In this document: positions 41,601 to 56,600 of the stretch, in pieces
How the letters are laid out: every line of letters starts with the position of its first letter
How positions within the stretch are numbered: position 1 is the first letter of the stretch
From: the human T2T-CHM13v2.0 reference genome, Homo sapiens
DNA: 64,000 bases
Strand: one strand, 5' to 3'
NCBI RefSeq assembly: GCF_009914755.1
Contig: NC_060942.1
Position numbers and translations under genes: made by a program
Notes under the pieces: model-generated
What the model was told of the DNA's origin: nothing
Database searches by the model: none
Seen by the model: the letters and a program-made list of their open reading frames with translations, nothing else

Positions 41601-44600
41601 TGTCCTCAACTAACACAGTTGAACATTTCTTTAGACAGAACAGTTTTGAAACACTCTTTTTGTGGAATCTGCAAGTGGCTATTTGGCTAGATTTGAGGAT
41701 TTCGTTGGAAACGGGATTACATATAAAAAGCAGTCAGCGGCATTCTCAGAAAGTTCTTTGTGATGATTGCATTCAAGTCACAGAATTGAACATTCCCTTT
41801 CACAGAGCAGGTTTGAAACACTCTTTTTGTAGTGTGTGTAAGTGGACATTTGGAGCACTTACCGGCCTAAGGTGAAAAAGGAAATAATCTTCCCATAAAA
41901 ACTAGACAGAAGCATTCTCAGAAACTTACTCGTGATGTGTGTCCTCAACTAAAGGAGTAGAACCTTTCTTTTCATAGAGAAGTTTTGAAACGCTCTTTTT
42001 GTGGAATCTGCAAGTGGATATTTGGCTAGTTTTGAGGATTTCGTTGGAAGCGGGAATTCATACAAATTGCAGACTGCAGCGTTCTGAGAAACATCTTTGT
42101 GATGTTTGTATTCGGGACACAGAGTTGAACATTCCCTATCATAGAGCAGGTTTGAATCACTCCTTTTGTAGTATCTGGAAGTGGACATTTGGAGCGCTTT
42201 CAGGCCTATGTTGGAAAAGGAAATATCTTCCCATAACAACTAGACAGAAGCATTCTCAGAAACTTATTTGAGATGTGTGTACTCAACTAAGAGAATTGAA
42301 CCACCGTTTTGAAGGAGCAGTTTTGAAACTCTCTTTTTCTGGAATCTGCAAGTGGATATTTGGCTAGCTTTGGGGATTTCGCTGGAAGCGGGAATACATA
42401 TAAAAAGCACACAGCAGCGTTCTGAGAAACTGCTTTCTGATGTTTGCATTCAAGTCAAAAGTTGAACACTCCCTTTCATAGGGCAGTCCTGAAACACCCC
42501 TTTTGTAGTATCTGGAACTGGACTTTTGGAGCGATTTCAGGGCTAAGGTGAAAAAGGAAATATCTTCCCATAAAAACTGGACAGAAGCATTCTCAGAAAC
42601 TTGTTTATGCTGTATCTACTCAACTAACAAAGTTGAACCTTTCTTTTGATAGAGCAGTTTTGAAATGGTCTTTTTGTGGAATCTGCAAGTGGATATTTGG
42701 CTAGTTTTGAGGATTTCGTTGGAAGCGGGAATTCATACAAATTGCAGACTGCAGCGTTCTGAGAAACATCTTTGTGATGTTTGTATTCAGGACACAGAGT
42801 TGAACATTCCCTATCATAGAGCAGGTTGGAATCACTCCTTTTGTAGTATCTGGAAGTGGACATTTGGAGCGCTTTCAGGCCTATTTTGGAAAGGGAAATA
42901 TCTTCCCGTAACAACTATGCAGAAGCATTCTCAGAAACTTGTTTGTGATGTGTGCCCTCTACTGACAGAGTTGAACCTTTCTTTTCATAGAGCAGTTTTG
43001 AAACACTCTTTTTGTAGAATCTGCAAGAGGATATTTGCATAGCTTTGAGGATTTCGTGGGAAACGGGATTGTCTTCAGGTAAAATCTAGACAGAAGCATT
43101 CTCAGAAACTTCTTTGGGATGTTTGCATTCAAGTCACAGAGTAGAACATTCCCTTTGGTAGAGCAGGTTTGAAACACTCTTTTTGTAGTATCTGGAAGTG
43201 GACATTTGGAGCGCTTTCAGGCCCATGTTGGAAAGGGAAATATCTTCCCGTAACAACTAGGCAGAAGCATTCTCAGAAACTTATTTGAGATGTGTGTACT
43301 CAACTAAGAGAATTGAACCACCGTTTTGAAGGAGCAGTTTTGAAACACTCTTTTTCTGGAATCTGCAAGAGTATATTTGCCTAGCCTTGAGGATTTCGTT
43401 GGAAACGGGATTGTCTTCAGAGAAAATCTAGACAGAAGCATTCTCAGAAACTTCTTTGGGATGCTTGCATTCAAGTCACAGAGTAGAACATTCCCTTTGG
43501 TAGAGCAGGTTTGAAACACTCTTTTTGTAGTATCTGGAAGTGGACATTTGGAGCGCTTTCAGGCCTACGTTGGAAAAGGAAATATCTTCCCATAACAACT
43601 AGACAGAAGCATTCTCAGAAACTAGTTTCTGATGTGTGTCCTCAACTAACACAGTTGAACATTTCTTTAGACAGAACAGTTTTGAAACACTCTTTTTGTG
43701 GAATCTGCAAGTGGCTATTTGGCTAGATTTGAGGATTTCGTTGGAAACGGGATTACATATAAAAAGCAGTCAGCAGCATTCTCAGAAAGTTCTTTGTGAT
43801 GATTGCATTCAAGTCACAGAATTGAACATTCCCTTTCACAGAGCAGGTTTGAAACACTCTTTTTGTAGTGTGTGTAAGTGGACATTTGGAGCACTTACCG
43901 GCCTAAGGTGAAAAAGGAAATAATCTTCCCATAAAAACTAGACAGAAGCATTCTCAGAAACTTACTCGTGATGTGTGTCCTCAACTAAAGGAGTAGAACC
44001 TTTCTTTTCATAGAGAAGTTTTGAAACGCTCTTTTTGTGGAATCTGCAAGTGGATATTTGGCTAGTTTTGAGGATTTCGTTGGAAGCGGGAATTCATACA
44101 AATTGCAGACTGCAGCGTTCTGAGAAACATCTTTGTGATGTTTGTATTCAGGACACAGAGTTGAACATTCCCTATCATAGAGCAGGTTTGAATCACTCCT
44201 TTTGTAGTATCTGGAAGTGGACATTTGGAGCGCTTTCAGGCCTATGTTGGAAAAGGAAATATCTTCCCATAACAACTAGACAGAAGCATTCTCAGAAACT
44301 TATTTGAGATGTGTGTACTCAACTAAGAGAATTGAACCACCGTTTGGAAGGAGCAGTTTTGAAACTCTCTTTTTCTGGAATCTGCAAGTGGATATTTGGC
44401 TAGCTTTGGGGATTTCGCTGGAAGCGGGAATACATATAAAAAGCACACAGCAGCGTTCTGAGAAACTGCTTTCTGATGTTTGCATTCAAGTCAAAAGTTG
44501 AACACTCCCTTTCATAGGGCAGTCCTGAAACACCCCTTTTGTAGTATCTGGAACTGGACTTTTGGAGCGATTTCAGGGCTAAGGTGAAAAAGGAAATATC

Positions 44601-47600
44601 TTCCCATAAAAACTGGACAGAAGCATTCTCAGAAACTTGTTTATGCTGTATCTACTCAACTAACAAAGTTGAACCTTTCTTTTGATAGAGCAGTTTTGAA
44701 ATGGTCTTTTTGTGGAATCTGCAAGTGGATATTTGGCTAGTTTTGAGGATTTCGTTGGAAGCGGGAATTCATACAAATTGCAGACTGCAGCGTTCTGAGA
44801 AACATCTTTGTGATGTTTGTATTCAGGACACAGAGTTGAACATTCCCTATCATAGAGCAGGTTGGAATCACTCCTTTTGTAGTATCTGGAAGTGGACATT
44901 TGGAGCGCTTTCAGGCCTATTTTGGAAAGGGAAATATCTTCCCGTAACAACTATGCAGAAGCATTCTCAGAAACTTGTTTGTGATGTGTGCCCTCTACTG
45001 ACAGAGTTGAACCTTTCTTTTCATAGAGCAGTTTTGAAACACTCTTTTTGTAGAATCTGCAAGAGGATATTTGCATAGCTTTGAGGATTTCGTGGGAAAC
45101 GGGATTGTCTTCAGGTAAAATCTAGACAGAAGCATTCTCAGAAACTTCTTTGGGATGTTTGCATTCAAGTCACAGAGTAGAACATTCCCTTTGGTAGAGC
45201 AGGTTTGAAACACTCTTTTTGTAGTATCTGGAAGTGGACATTTGGAGCGCTTTCAGGCCCATGTTGGAAAGGGAAATATCTTCCCGTAACAACTAGGCAG
45301 AAGCATTCTCAGAAACTTATTTGAGATGTGTGTACTCAACTAAGAGAATTGAACCACCGTTTTGAAGGAGCAGTTTTGAAACACTCTTTTTCTGGAATCT
45401 GCAAGAGTATATTTGCCTAGCCTTGAGGATTTCGTTGGAAACGGGATTGTCTTCAGAGAAAATCTAGACAGAAGCATTCTCAGAAACTTCTTTGGGATGC
45501 TTGCATTCAAGTCACAGAGTAGAACATTCCCTTTGGTAGAGCAGGTTTGAAACACTCTTTTTTTAGTATCTGGAAGTGGACATTTGGAGCGCTTTCAGGC
45601 CTACGTTGGAAAAGGAAATATCTTCCCATAACAACTAGACAGAAGCATTCTCAGAAACTAGTTTCTGATGTGTGTCCTCAACTAACACAGTTGAACATTT
45701 CTTTAGACAGAACAGTTTTGAAACACTCTTTTTGTGGAATCTGCAAGTGGCTATTTGGCTAGATTTGAGGATTTCGTTGGAAACGGGATTACATATAAAA
45801 AGCAGTCAGCAGCATTCTCAGAAAGTTCTTTGTGATGATTGCATTCAAGTCACAGAATTGAACATTCCCTTTCACAGAGCAGGTTTGAAACACTCTTTTT
45901 GTAGTGTGTGTAAGTGGACATTTGGAGCACTTACCGGCCTAAGGTGAAAAAGGAAATAATCTTCCCATAAAAACTAGACAGAAGCATTCTCAGAAACTTA
46001 CTCGTGATGTGTGTCCTCAACTAAAGGAGTAGAACCTTTCTTTTCATAGAGAAGTTTTGAAACGCTCTTTTTGTGGAATCTGCAAGTGGATATTTGGCTA
46101 GTTTTGAGGATTTCGTTGGAAGCGGGAATTCATACAAATTGCAGACTGCAGCGTTCTGAGAAACATCTTTGTGATGTTTGTATTCAGGACACAGAGTTGA
46201 ACATTCCCTATCATAGAGCAGGTTTGAATCACTCCTTTTGTAGTATCTGGAAGTGGACATTTGGAGCGCTTTCAGGCCTATGTTGGAAAAGGAAATATCT
46301 TCCCATAACAACTAGACAGAAGCATTCTCAGAAACTTATTTGAGATGTGTGTACTCAACTAAGAGAATTGAACCACCGTTTGGAAGGAGCAGTTTTGAAA
46401 CTCTCTTTTTCTGGAATCTGCAAGTGGATATTTGGCTAGCTTTGGGGATTTCGCTGGAAGCGGGAATACATATAAAAAGCACACAGCAGCGTTCTGAGAA
46501 ACTGCTTTCTGATGTTTGCATTCAAGTCAAAAGTTGAACACTCCCTTTCATAGGGCAGTCCTGAAACACCCCTTTTGTAGTATCTGGAACTGGACTTTTG
46601 GAGCGATTTCAGGGCTAAGGTGAAAAAGGAAATATCTTCCCATAAAAACTGGACAGAAGCATTCTCAGAAACTTGTTTATGCTGTATCTACTCAACTAAC
46701 AAAGTTGAACCTTTCTTTTGATAGAGCAGTTTTGAAATGGTCTTTTTGTGGAATCTGCAAGTGGATATTTGGCTAGTTTTGAGGATTTCGTTGGAAGCGG
46801 GAATTCATACAAATTGCAGACTGCAGCGTTCTGAGAAACATCTTTGTGATGTTTGTATTCAGGACACAGAGTTGAACATTCCCTATCATAGAGCAGGTTG
46901 GAATCACTCCTTTTGTAGTATCTGGAAGTGGACATTTGGAGCGCTTTCAGGCCTATTTTGGAAAGGGAAATATCTTCCCGTAACAACTATGCAGAAGCAT
47001 TCTCAGAAACTTGTTTGTGATGTGTGCCCTCTACTGACAGAGTTGAACCTTTCTTTTCATAGAGCAGTTTTGAAACACTCTTTTTGTAGAATCTGCAAGA
47101 GGATATTTGCATAGCTTTGAGGATTTCGTGGGAAACGGGATTGTCTTCAGGTAAAATCTAGACAGAAGCATTCTCAGAAACTTCTTTGGGATGTTTGCAT
47201 TCAAGTCACAGAGTAGAACATTCCCTTTGGTAGAGCAGGTTTGAAACACTCTTTTTGTAGTATCTGGAAGTGGACATTTGGAGCGCTTTCAGGCCCATGT
47301 TGGAAAGGGAAATATCTTCCCGTAACAACTAGGCAGAAGCATTCTCAGAAACTTATTTGAGATGTGTGTACTCAACTAAGAGAATTGAACCACCGTTTTG
47401 AAGGAGCAGTTTTGAAACACTCTTTTTCTGGAATCTGCAAGAGTATATTTGCCTAGCCTTGAGGATTTCGTTGGAAACGGGATTGTCTTCAGAGAAAATC
47501 TAGACAGAAGCATTCTCAGAAACTTCTTTGGGATGCTTGCATTCAAGTCACAGAGTAGAACATTCCCTTTGGTAGAGCAGGTTTGAAACACTCTTTTTGT

Positions 47601-50600
47601 AGTATCTGGAAGTGGACATTTGGAGCGCTTTCAGGCCTACGTTGGAAAAGGAAATATCTTCCCATAACAACTAGACAGAAGCATTCTCAGAAACTAGTTT
47701 CTGATGTGTGTCCTCAACTAACACAGTTGAACATTTCTTTAGACAGAACAGTTTTGAAACACTCTTTTTGTGGAATCTGCAAGTGGCTATTTGGCTAGAT
47801 TTGAGGATTTCGTTGGAAACGGGATTACATATAAAAAGCAGTCAGCAGCATTCTCAGAAAGTTCTTTGTGATGATTGCATTCAAGTCACAGAATTGAACA
47901 TTCCCTTTCACAGAGCAGGTTTGAAACACTCTTTTTGTAGTGTGTGTAAGTGGACATTTGGAGCACTTACCGGCCTAAGGTGAAAAAGGAAATAATCTTC
48001 CCATAAAAACTAGACAGAAGCATTCTCAGAAACTTACTCGTGATGTGTGTCCTCAACTAAAGGAGTAGAACCTTTCTTTTCATAGAGAAGTTTTGAAACG
48101 CTCTTTTTGTGGAATCTGCAAGTGGATATTTGGCTAGTTTTGAGGATTTCGTTGGAAGCGGGAATTCATACAAATTGCAGACTGCAGCGTTCTGAGAAAC
48201 ATCTTTGTGATGTTTGTATTCGGGACACAGAGTTGAACATTCCCTATCATAGAGCAGGTTTGAATCACTCCTTTTGTAGTATCTGGAAGTGGACATTTGG
48301 AGCGCTTTCAGGCCTATGTTGGAAAAGGAAATATCTTCCCATAACAACTAGACAGAAGCATTCTCAGAAACTTATTTGAGATGTGTGTACTCAACTAAGA
48401 GAATTGAACCACCGTTTTGAAGGAGCAGTTTTGAAACTCTCTTTTTCTGGAATCTGCAAGTGGATATTTGGCTAGCTTTGGGGATTTCGCTGGAAGCGGG
48501 AATACATATAAAAAGCACACAGCAGCGTTCTGAGAAACTGCTTTCTGATGTTTGCATTCAAGTCAAAAGTTGAACACTCCCTTTCATAGAGCAGTCCTGA
48601 AACACCCCTTTTGTAGTATCTGGAACTGGACTTTTGGAGCGATTTCAGGGCTAAGGTGAAAAAGGAAATATCTTCCCATAAAAACTGGACAGAAGCATTC
48701 TCAGAAACTTGTTTATGCTGTATCTACTCAACTAACAAAGTTGAACCTTTCTTTTGATAGAGCAGTTTTGAAATGGTCTTTTTGTGGAATCTGCAAGTGG
48801 ATATTTGGCTAGTTTTGAGGATTTCGTTGGAAGCGGGAATTCATACAAATTGCAGACTGCAGCGTTCTGAGAAACATCTTTGTGATGTTTGTATTCAGGA
48901 CACAGAGTTGAACATTCCCTATCATAGAGCAGGTTGGAATCACTCCTTTTGTAGTATCTGGAAGTGGACATTTGGAGCGCTTTCAGGCCTATTTTGGAAA
49001 GGGAAATATCTTCCCGTAACAACTATGCAGAAGCATTCTCAGAAACTTGTTTGTGATGTGTGCCCTCTACTGACAGAGTTGAACCTTTCTTTTCATAGAG
49101 CAGTTTTGAAACACTCTTTTTGTAGAATCTGCAAGAGGATATTTGCATAGCTTTGAGGATTTCGTGGGAAACGGGATTGTCTTCAGGTAAAATCTAGACA
49201 GAAGCATTCTCAGAAACTTCTTTGGGATGTTTGCATTCAAGTCACAGAGTAGAACATTCCCTTTGGTAGAGCAGGTTTGAAACACTCTTTTTGTAGTATC
49301 TGGAAGTGGACATTTGGAGCGCTTTCAGGCCCATGTTGGAAAGGGAAATATCTTCCCGTAACAACTAGGCAGAAGCATTCTCAGAAACTTATTTGAGATG
49401 TGTGTACTCAACTAAGAGAATTGAACCACCGTTTTGAAGGAGCAGTTTTGAAACACTCTTTTTCTGGAATCTGCAAGAGTATATTTGCCTAGCCTTGAGG
49501 ATTTCGTTGGAAACGGGATTGTCTTCAGAGAAAATCTAGACAGAAGCATTCTCAGAAACTTCTTTGGGATGCTTGCATTCAAGTCACAGAGTAGAACATT
49601 CCCTTTGGTAGAGCAGGTTTGAAACACTCTTTTTGTAGTATCTGGAAGTGGACATTTGGAGCGCTTTCAGGCCTACGTTGGAAAAGGAAATATCTTCCCA
49701 TAACAACTAGACAGAAGCATTCTCAGAAACTAGTTTCTGATGTGTGTCCTCAACTAACACAGTTGAACATTTCTTTAGACAGAACAGTTTTGAAACACTC
49801 TTTTTGTGGAATCTGCAAGTGGCTATTTGGCTAGATTTGAGGATTTCGTTGGAAACGGGATTACATATAAAAAGCAGTCAGCGGCATTCTCAGAAAGTTC
49901 TTTGTGATGATTGCATTCAAGTCACAGAATTGAACATTCCCTTTCACAGAGCAGGTTTGAAACACTCTTTTTGTAGTGTGTGTAAGTGGACATTTGGAGC
50001 ACTTACCGGCCTAAGGTGAAAAAGGAAATAATCTTCCCATAAAAACTAGACAGAAGCATTCTCAGAAACTTACTCGTGATGTGTGTCCTCAACTAAAGGA
50101 GTAGAACCTTTCTTTTCATAGAGAAGTTTTGAAACGCTCTTTTTGTGGAATCTGCAAGTGGATATTTGGCTAGTTTTGAGGATTTCGTTGGAAGCGGGAA
50201 TTCATACAAATTGCAGACTGCAGCGTTCTGAGAAACATCTTTGTGATGTTTGTATTCGGGACACAGAGTTGAACATTCCCTATCATAGAGCAGGTTTGAA
50301 TCACTCCTTTTGTAGTATCTGGAAGTGGACATTTGGAGCGCTTTCAGGCCTATGTTGGAAAAGGAAATATCTTCCCATAACAACTAGACAGAAGCATTCT
50401 CAGAAACTTATTTGAGATGTGTGTACTCAACTAAGAGAATTGAACCACCGTTTTGAAGGAGCAGTTTTGAAACTCTCTTTTTCTGGAATCTGCAAGTGGA
50501 TATTTGGCTAGCTTTGGGGATTTCGCTGGAAGCGGGAATACATATAAAAAGCACACAGCAGCGTTCTGAGAAACTGCTTTCTGATGTTTGCATTCAAGTC

Positions 50601-53600
50601 AAAAGTTGAACACTCCCTTTCATAGAGCAGTCCTGAAACACCCCTTTTGTAGTATCTGGAACTGGACTTTTGGAGCGATTTCAGGGCTAAGGTGAAAAAG
50701 GAAATATCTTCCCATAAAAACTGGACAGAAGCATTCTCAGAAACTTGTTTATGCTGTATCTACTCAACTAACAAAGTTGAACCTTTCTTTTGATAGAGCA
50801 GTTTTGAAATGGTCTTTTTGTGGAATCTGCAAGTGGATATTTGGCTAGTTTTGAGGATTTCGTTGGAAGCGGGAATTCATACAAATTGCAGACTGCAGCG
50901 TTCTGAGAAACATCTTTGTGATGTTTGTATTCAGGACACAGAGTTGAACATTCCCTATCATAGAGCAGGTTGGAATCACTCCTTTTGTAGTATCTGGAAG
51001 TGGACATTTGGAGCGCTTTCAGGCCTATTTTGGAAAGGGAAATATCTTCCCGTAACAACTATGCAGAAGCATTCTCAGAAACTTGTTTGTGATGTGTGCC
51101 CTCTACTGACAGAGTTGAACCTTTCTTTTCATAGAGCAGTTTTGAAACACTCTTTTTGTAGAATCTGCAAGAGGATATTTGCATAGCTTTGAGGATTTCG
51201 TGGGAAACGGGATTGTCTTCAGGTAAAATCTAGACAGAAGCATTCTCAGAAACTTCTTTGGGATGTTTGCATTCAAGTCACAGAGTAGAACATTCCCTTT
51301 GGTAGAGCAGGTTTGAAACACTCTTTTTGTAGTATCTGGAAGTGGACATTTGGAGCGCTTTCAGGCCCATGTTGGAAAGGGAAATATCTTCCCGTAACAA
51401 CTAGGCAGAAGCATTCTCAGAAACTTATTTGAGATGTGTGTACTCAACTAAGAGAATTGAACCACCGTTTTGAAGGAGCAGTTTTGAAACACTCTTTTTC
51501 TGGAATCTGCAAGAGTATATTTGCCTAGCCTTGAGGATTTCGTTGGAAACGGGATTGTCTTCAGAGAAAATCTAGACAGAAGCATTCTCAGAAACTTCTT
51601 TGGGATGCTTGCATTCAAGTCACAGAGTAGAACATTCCCTTTGGTAGAGCAGGTTTGAAACACTCTTTTTGTAGTATCTGGAAGTGGACATTTGGAGCGC
51701 TTTCAGGCCTACGTTGGAAAAGGAAATATCTTCCCATAACAACTAGACAGAAGCATTCTCAGAAACTAGTTTCTGATGTGTGTCCTCAACTAACACAGTT
51801 GAACATTTCTTTAGACAGAACAGTTTTGAAACACTCTTTTTGTGGAATCTGCAAGTGGCTATTTGGCTAGATTTGAGGATTTCGTTGGAAACGGGATTAC
51901 ATATAAAAAGCAGTCAGCGGCATTCTCAGAAAGTTCTTTGTGATGATTGCATTCAAGTCACAGAATTGAACATTCCCTTTCACAGAGCAGGTTTGAAACA
52001 CTCTTTTTGTAGTGTGTGTAAGTGGACATTTGGAGCACTTACCGGCCTAAGGTGAAAAAGGAAATAATCTTCCCATAAAAACTAGACAGAAGCATTCTCA
52101 GAAACTTACTCGTGATGTGTGTCCTCAACTAAAGGAGTAGAACCTTTCTTTTCATAGAGAAGTTTTGAAACGCTCTTTTTGTGGAATCTGCAAGTGGATA
52201 TTTGGCTAGTTTTGAGGATTTCGTTGGAAGCGGGAATTCATACAAATTGCAGACTGCAGCGTTCTGAGAAACATCTTTGTGATGTTTGTATTCAGGACAC
52301 AGAGTTGAACATTCCCTATCATAGAGCAGGTTTGAATCACTCCTTTTGTAGTATCTGGAAGTGGACATTTGGAGCGCTTTCAGGCCTATGTTGGAAAAGG
52401 AAATATCTTCCCATAACAACTAGACAGAAGCATTCTCAGAAACTTATTTGAGATGTGTGTACTCAACTAAGAGAATTGAACCACCGTTTTGAAGGAGCAG
52501 TTTTGAAACTCTCTTTTTCTGGAATCTGCAAGTGGATATTTGGCTAGCTTTGGGGATTTCGCTGGAAGCGGGAATACATATAAAAAGCACACAGCAGCGT
52601 TCTGAGAAACTGCTTTCTGATGTTTGCATTCAAGTCAAAAGTTGAACACTCCCTTTCATAGAGCAGTCCTGAAACACCCCTTTTGTAGTATCTGGAACTG
52701 GACTTTTGGAGCGATTTCAGGGCTAAGGTGAAAAAGGAAATATCTTCCCATAAAAACTGGACAGAAGCATTCTCAGAAACTTGTTTATGCTGTATCTACT
52801 CAACTAACAAAGTTGAACCTTTCTTTTGATAGAGCAGTTTTGAAATGGTCTTTTTGTGGAATCTGCAAGTGGATATTTGGCTAGTTTTGAGGATTTCGTT
52901 GGAAGCGGGAATTCATACAAATTGCAGACTGCAGCGTTCTGAGAAACATCTTTGTGATGTTTGTATTCAGGACACAGAGTTGAACATTCCCTATCATAGA
53001 GCAGGTTGGAATCACTCCTTTTGTAGTATCTGGAAGTGGACATTTGGAGCGCTTTCAGGCCTATTTTGGAAAGGGAAATATCTTCCCGTAACAACTATGC
53101 AGAAGCATTCTCAGAAACTTGTTTGTGATGTGTGCCCTCTACTGACAGAGTTGAACCTTTCTTTTCATAGAGCACTTTTGAAACACTCTTTTTGTAGAAT
53201 CTGCAAGAGGATATTTGCATAGCTTTGAGGATTTCGTGGGAAACGGGATTGTCTTCAGGTAAAATCTAGACAGAAGCATTCTCAGAAACTTCTTTGGGAT
53301 GTTTGCATTCAAGTCACAGAGTAGAACATTCCCTTTGGTAGAGCAGGTTTGAAACACTCTTTTTGTAGTATCTGGAAGTGGACATTTGGAGCGCTTTCAG
53401 GCCCATGTTGGAAAGGGAAATATCTTCCCGTAACAACTAGGCAGAAGCATTCTCAGAAACTTATTTGAGATGTGTGTACTCAACTAAGAGAATTGAACCA
53501 CCGTTTTGAAGGAGCAGTTTTGAAACACTCTTTTTCTGGAATCTGCAAGAGGATATTTGCCTAGCCTTGAGGATTTCGTTGGAAACGGGATTGTCTTCAG

Positions 53601-56600
53601 AGAAAATCTAGACAGAAGCATTCTCAGAAACTTCTTTGGGATGCTTGCATTCAAGTCACAGAGTAGAACATTCCCTTTGGTAGAGCAGGTTTGAAACACT
53701 CTTTTTGTAGTATCTGGAAGTGGACATTTGGAGCGCTTTCAGGCCTACGTTGGAAAAGGAAATATCTTCCCATAACAACTAGACAGAAGCATTCTCAGAA
53801 ACTAGTTTCTGATGTGTGTCCTCAACTAACACAGTTGAACATTTCTTTAGACAGAACAGTTTTGAAACACTCTTTTTGTGGAATCTGCAAGTGGCTATTT
53901 GGCTAGATTTGAGGATTTCGTTGGAAACGGGATTACATATAAAAAGCAGTCAGCGGCATTCTCAGAAAGTTCTTTGTGATGATTGCATTCAAGTCACAGA
54001 ATTGAACATTCCCTTTCACAGAGCAGGTTTGAAACACTCTTTTTGTAGTGTGTGTAAGTGGACATTTGGAGCACTTACCGGCCTAAGGTGAAAAAGGAAA
54101 TAATCTTCCCATAAAAACTAGACAGAAGCATTCTCAGAAACTTACTCGTGATGTGTGTCCTCAACTAAAGGAGTAGAACCTTTCTTTTCATAGAGAAGTT
54201 TTGAAACGCTCTTTTTGTGGAATCTGCAAGTGGATATTTGGCTAGTTTTGAGGATTTCGTTGGAAGCGGGAATTCATACAAATTGCAGACTGCAGCGTTC
54301 TGAGAAACATCTTTGTGATGTTTGTATTCAGGACACAGAGTTGAACATTCCCTATCATAGAGCAGGTTTGAATCACTCCTTTTGTAGTATCTGGAAGTGG
54401 ACATTTGGAGCGCTTTCAGGCCTATGTTGGAAAAGGAAATATCTTCCCATAACAACTAGACAGAAGCATTCTCAGAAACTTATTTGAGATGTGTGTACTC
54501 AACTAAGAGAATTGAACCACCGTTTTGAAGGAGCAGTTTTGAAACTCTCTTTTTCTGGAATCTGCAAGTGGATATTTGGCTAGCTTTGGGGATTTCGCTG
54601 GAAGCGGGAATACATATAAAAAGCACACAGCAGCGTTCTGAGAAACTGCTTTCTGATGTTTGCATTCAAGTCAAAAGTTGAACACTCCCTTTCATAGGGC
54701 AGTCCTGAAACACCCCTTTTGTAGTATCTGGAACTGGACTTTTGGAGCGATTTCAGGGCTAAGGTGAAAAAGGAAATATCTTCCCATAAAAACTGGACAG
54801 AAGCATTCTCAGAAACTTGTTTATGCTGTATCTACTCAACTAACAAAGTTGAACCTTTCTTTTGATAGAGCAGTTTTGAAATGGTCTTTTTGTGGAATCT
54901 GCAAGTGGATATTTGGCTAGTTTTGAGGATTTCGTTGGAAGCGGGAATTCATACAAATTGCAGACTGCAGCGTTCTGAGAAACATCTTTGTGATGTTTGT
55001 ATTCAGGACACAGAGTTGAACATTCCCTATCATAGAGCAGGTTGGAATCACTCCTTTTGTAGTATCTGGAAGTGGACATTTGGAGCGCTTTCAGGCCTAT
55101 TTTGGAAAGGGAAATATCTTCCCGTAACAACTATGCAGAAGCATTCTCAGAAACTTGTTTGTGATGTGTGCCCTCTACTGACAGAGTTGAACCTTTCTTT
55201 TCATAGAGCAGTTTTGAAACACTCTTTTTGTAGAATCTGCAAGAGGATATTTGCATAGCTTTGAGGATTTCGTGGGAAACGGGATTGTCTTCAGGTAAAA
55301 TCTAGACAGAAGCATTCTCAGAAACTTCTTTGGGATGTTTGCATTCAAGTCACAGAGTAGAACATTCCCTTTGGTAGAGCAGGTTTGAAACACTCTTTTT
55401 GTAGTATCTGGAAGTGGACATTTGGAGCGCTTTCAGGCCCATGTTGGAAAGGGAAATATCTTCCCGTAACAACTAGGCAGAAGCATTCTCAGAAACTTAT
55501 TTGAGATGTGTGTACTCAACTAAGAGAATTGAACCACCGTTTTGAAGGAGCAGTTTTGAAACACTCTTTTTCTGGAATCTGCAAGAGGATATTTGCCTAG
55601 CCTTGAGGATTTCGTTGGAAACGGGATTGTCTTCAGAGAAAATCTAGACAGAAGCATTCTCAGAAACTTCTTTGGGATGCTTGCATTCAAGTCACAGAGT
55701 AGAACATTCCCTTTGGTAGAGCAGGTTTGAAACACTCTTTTTGTAGTATCTGGAAGTGGACATTTGGAGCGCTTTCAGGCCTACGTTGGAAAAGGAAATA
55801 TCTTCCCATAACAACTAGACAGAAGCATTCTCAGAAACTAGTTTCTGATGTGTGTCCTCAACTAACACAGTTGAACATTTCTTTAGACAGAACAGTTTTG
55901 AAACACTCTTTTTGTGGAATCTGCAAGTGGCTATTTGGCTAGATTTGAGGATTTCGTTGGAAACGGGATTACATATAAAAAGCAGTCAGCGGCATTCTCA
56001 GAAAGTTCTTTGTGATGATTGCATTCAAGTCACAGAATTGAACATTCCCTTTCACAGAGCAGGTTTGAAACACTCTTTTTGTAGTGTGTGTAAGTGGACA
56101 TTTGGAGCACTTACCGGCCTAAGGTGAAAAAGGAAATAATCTTCCCATAAAAACTAGACAGAAGCATTCTCAGAAACTTACTCGTGATGTGTGTCCTCAA
56201 CTAAAGGAGTAGAACCTTTCTTTTCATAGAGAAGTTTTGAAACGCTCTTTTTGTGGAATCTGCAAGTGGATATTTGGCTAGTTTTGAGGATTTCGTTGGA
56301 AGCGGGAATTCATACAAATTGCAGACTGCAGCGTTCTGAGAAACATCTTTGTGATGTTTGTATTCAGGACACAGAGTTGAACATTCCCTATCATAGAGCA
56401 GGTTTGAATCACTCCTTTTGTAGTATCTGGAAGTGGACATTTGGAGCGCTTTCAGGCCTATGTTGGAAAAGGAAATATCTTCCCATAACAACTAGACAGA
56501 AGCATTCTCAGAAACTTATTTGAGATGTGTGTACTCAACTAAGAGAATTGAACCACCGTTTTGAAGGAGCAGTTTTGAAACTCTCTTTTTCTGGAATCTG

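Noticed and set aside
44304-46537. Two extra 65-aa ORFs unique to copies 22 and 23
   Set aside because: They are fully explained by the 1591 T>G change removing one stop codon; nothing supports a gene.
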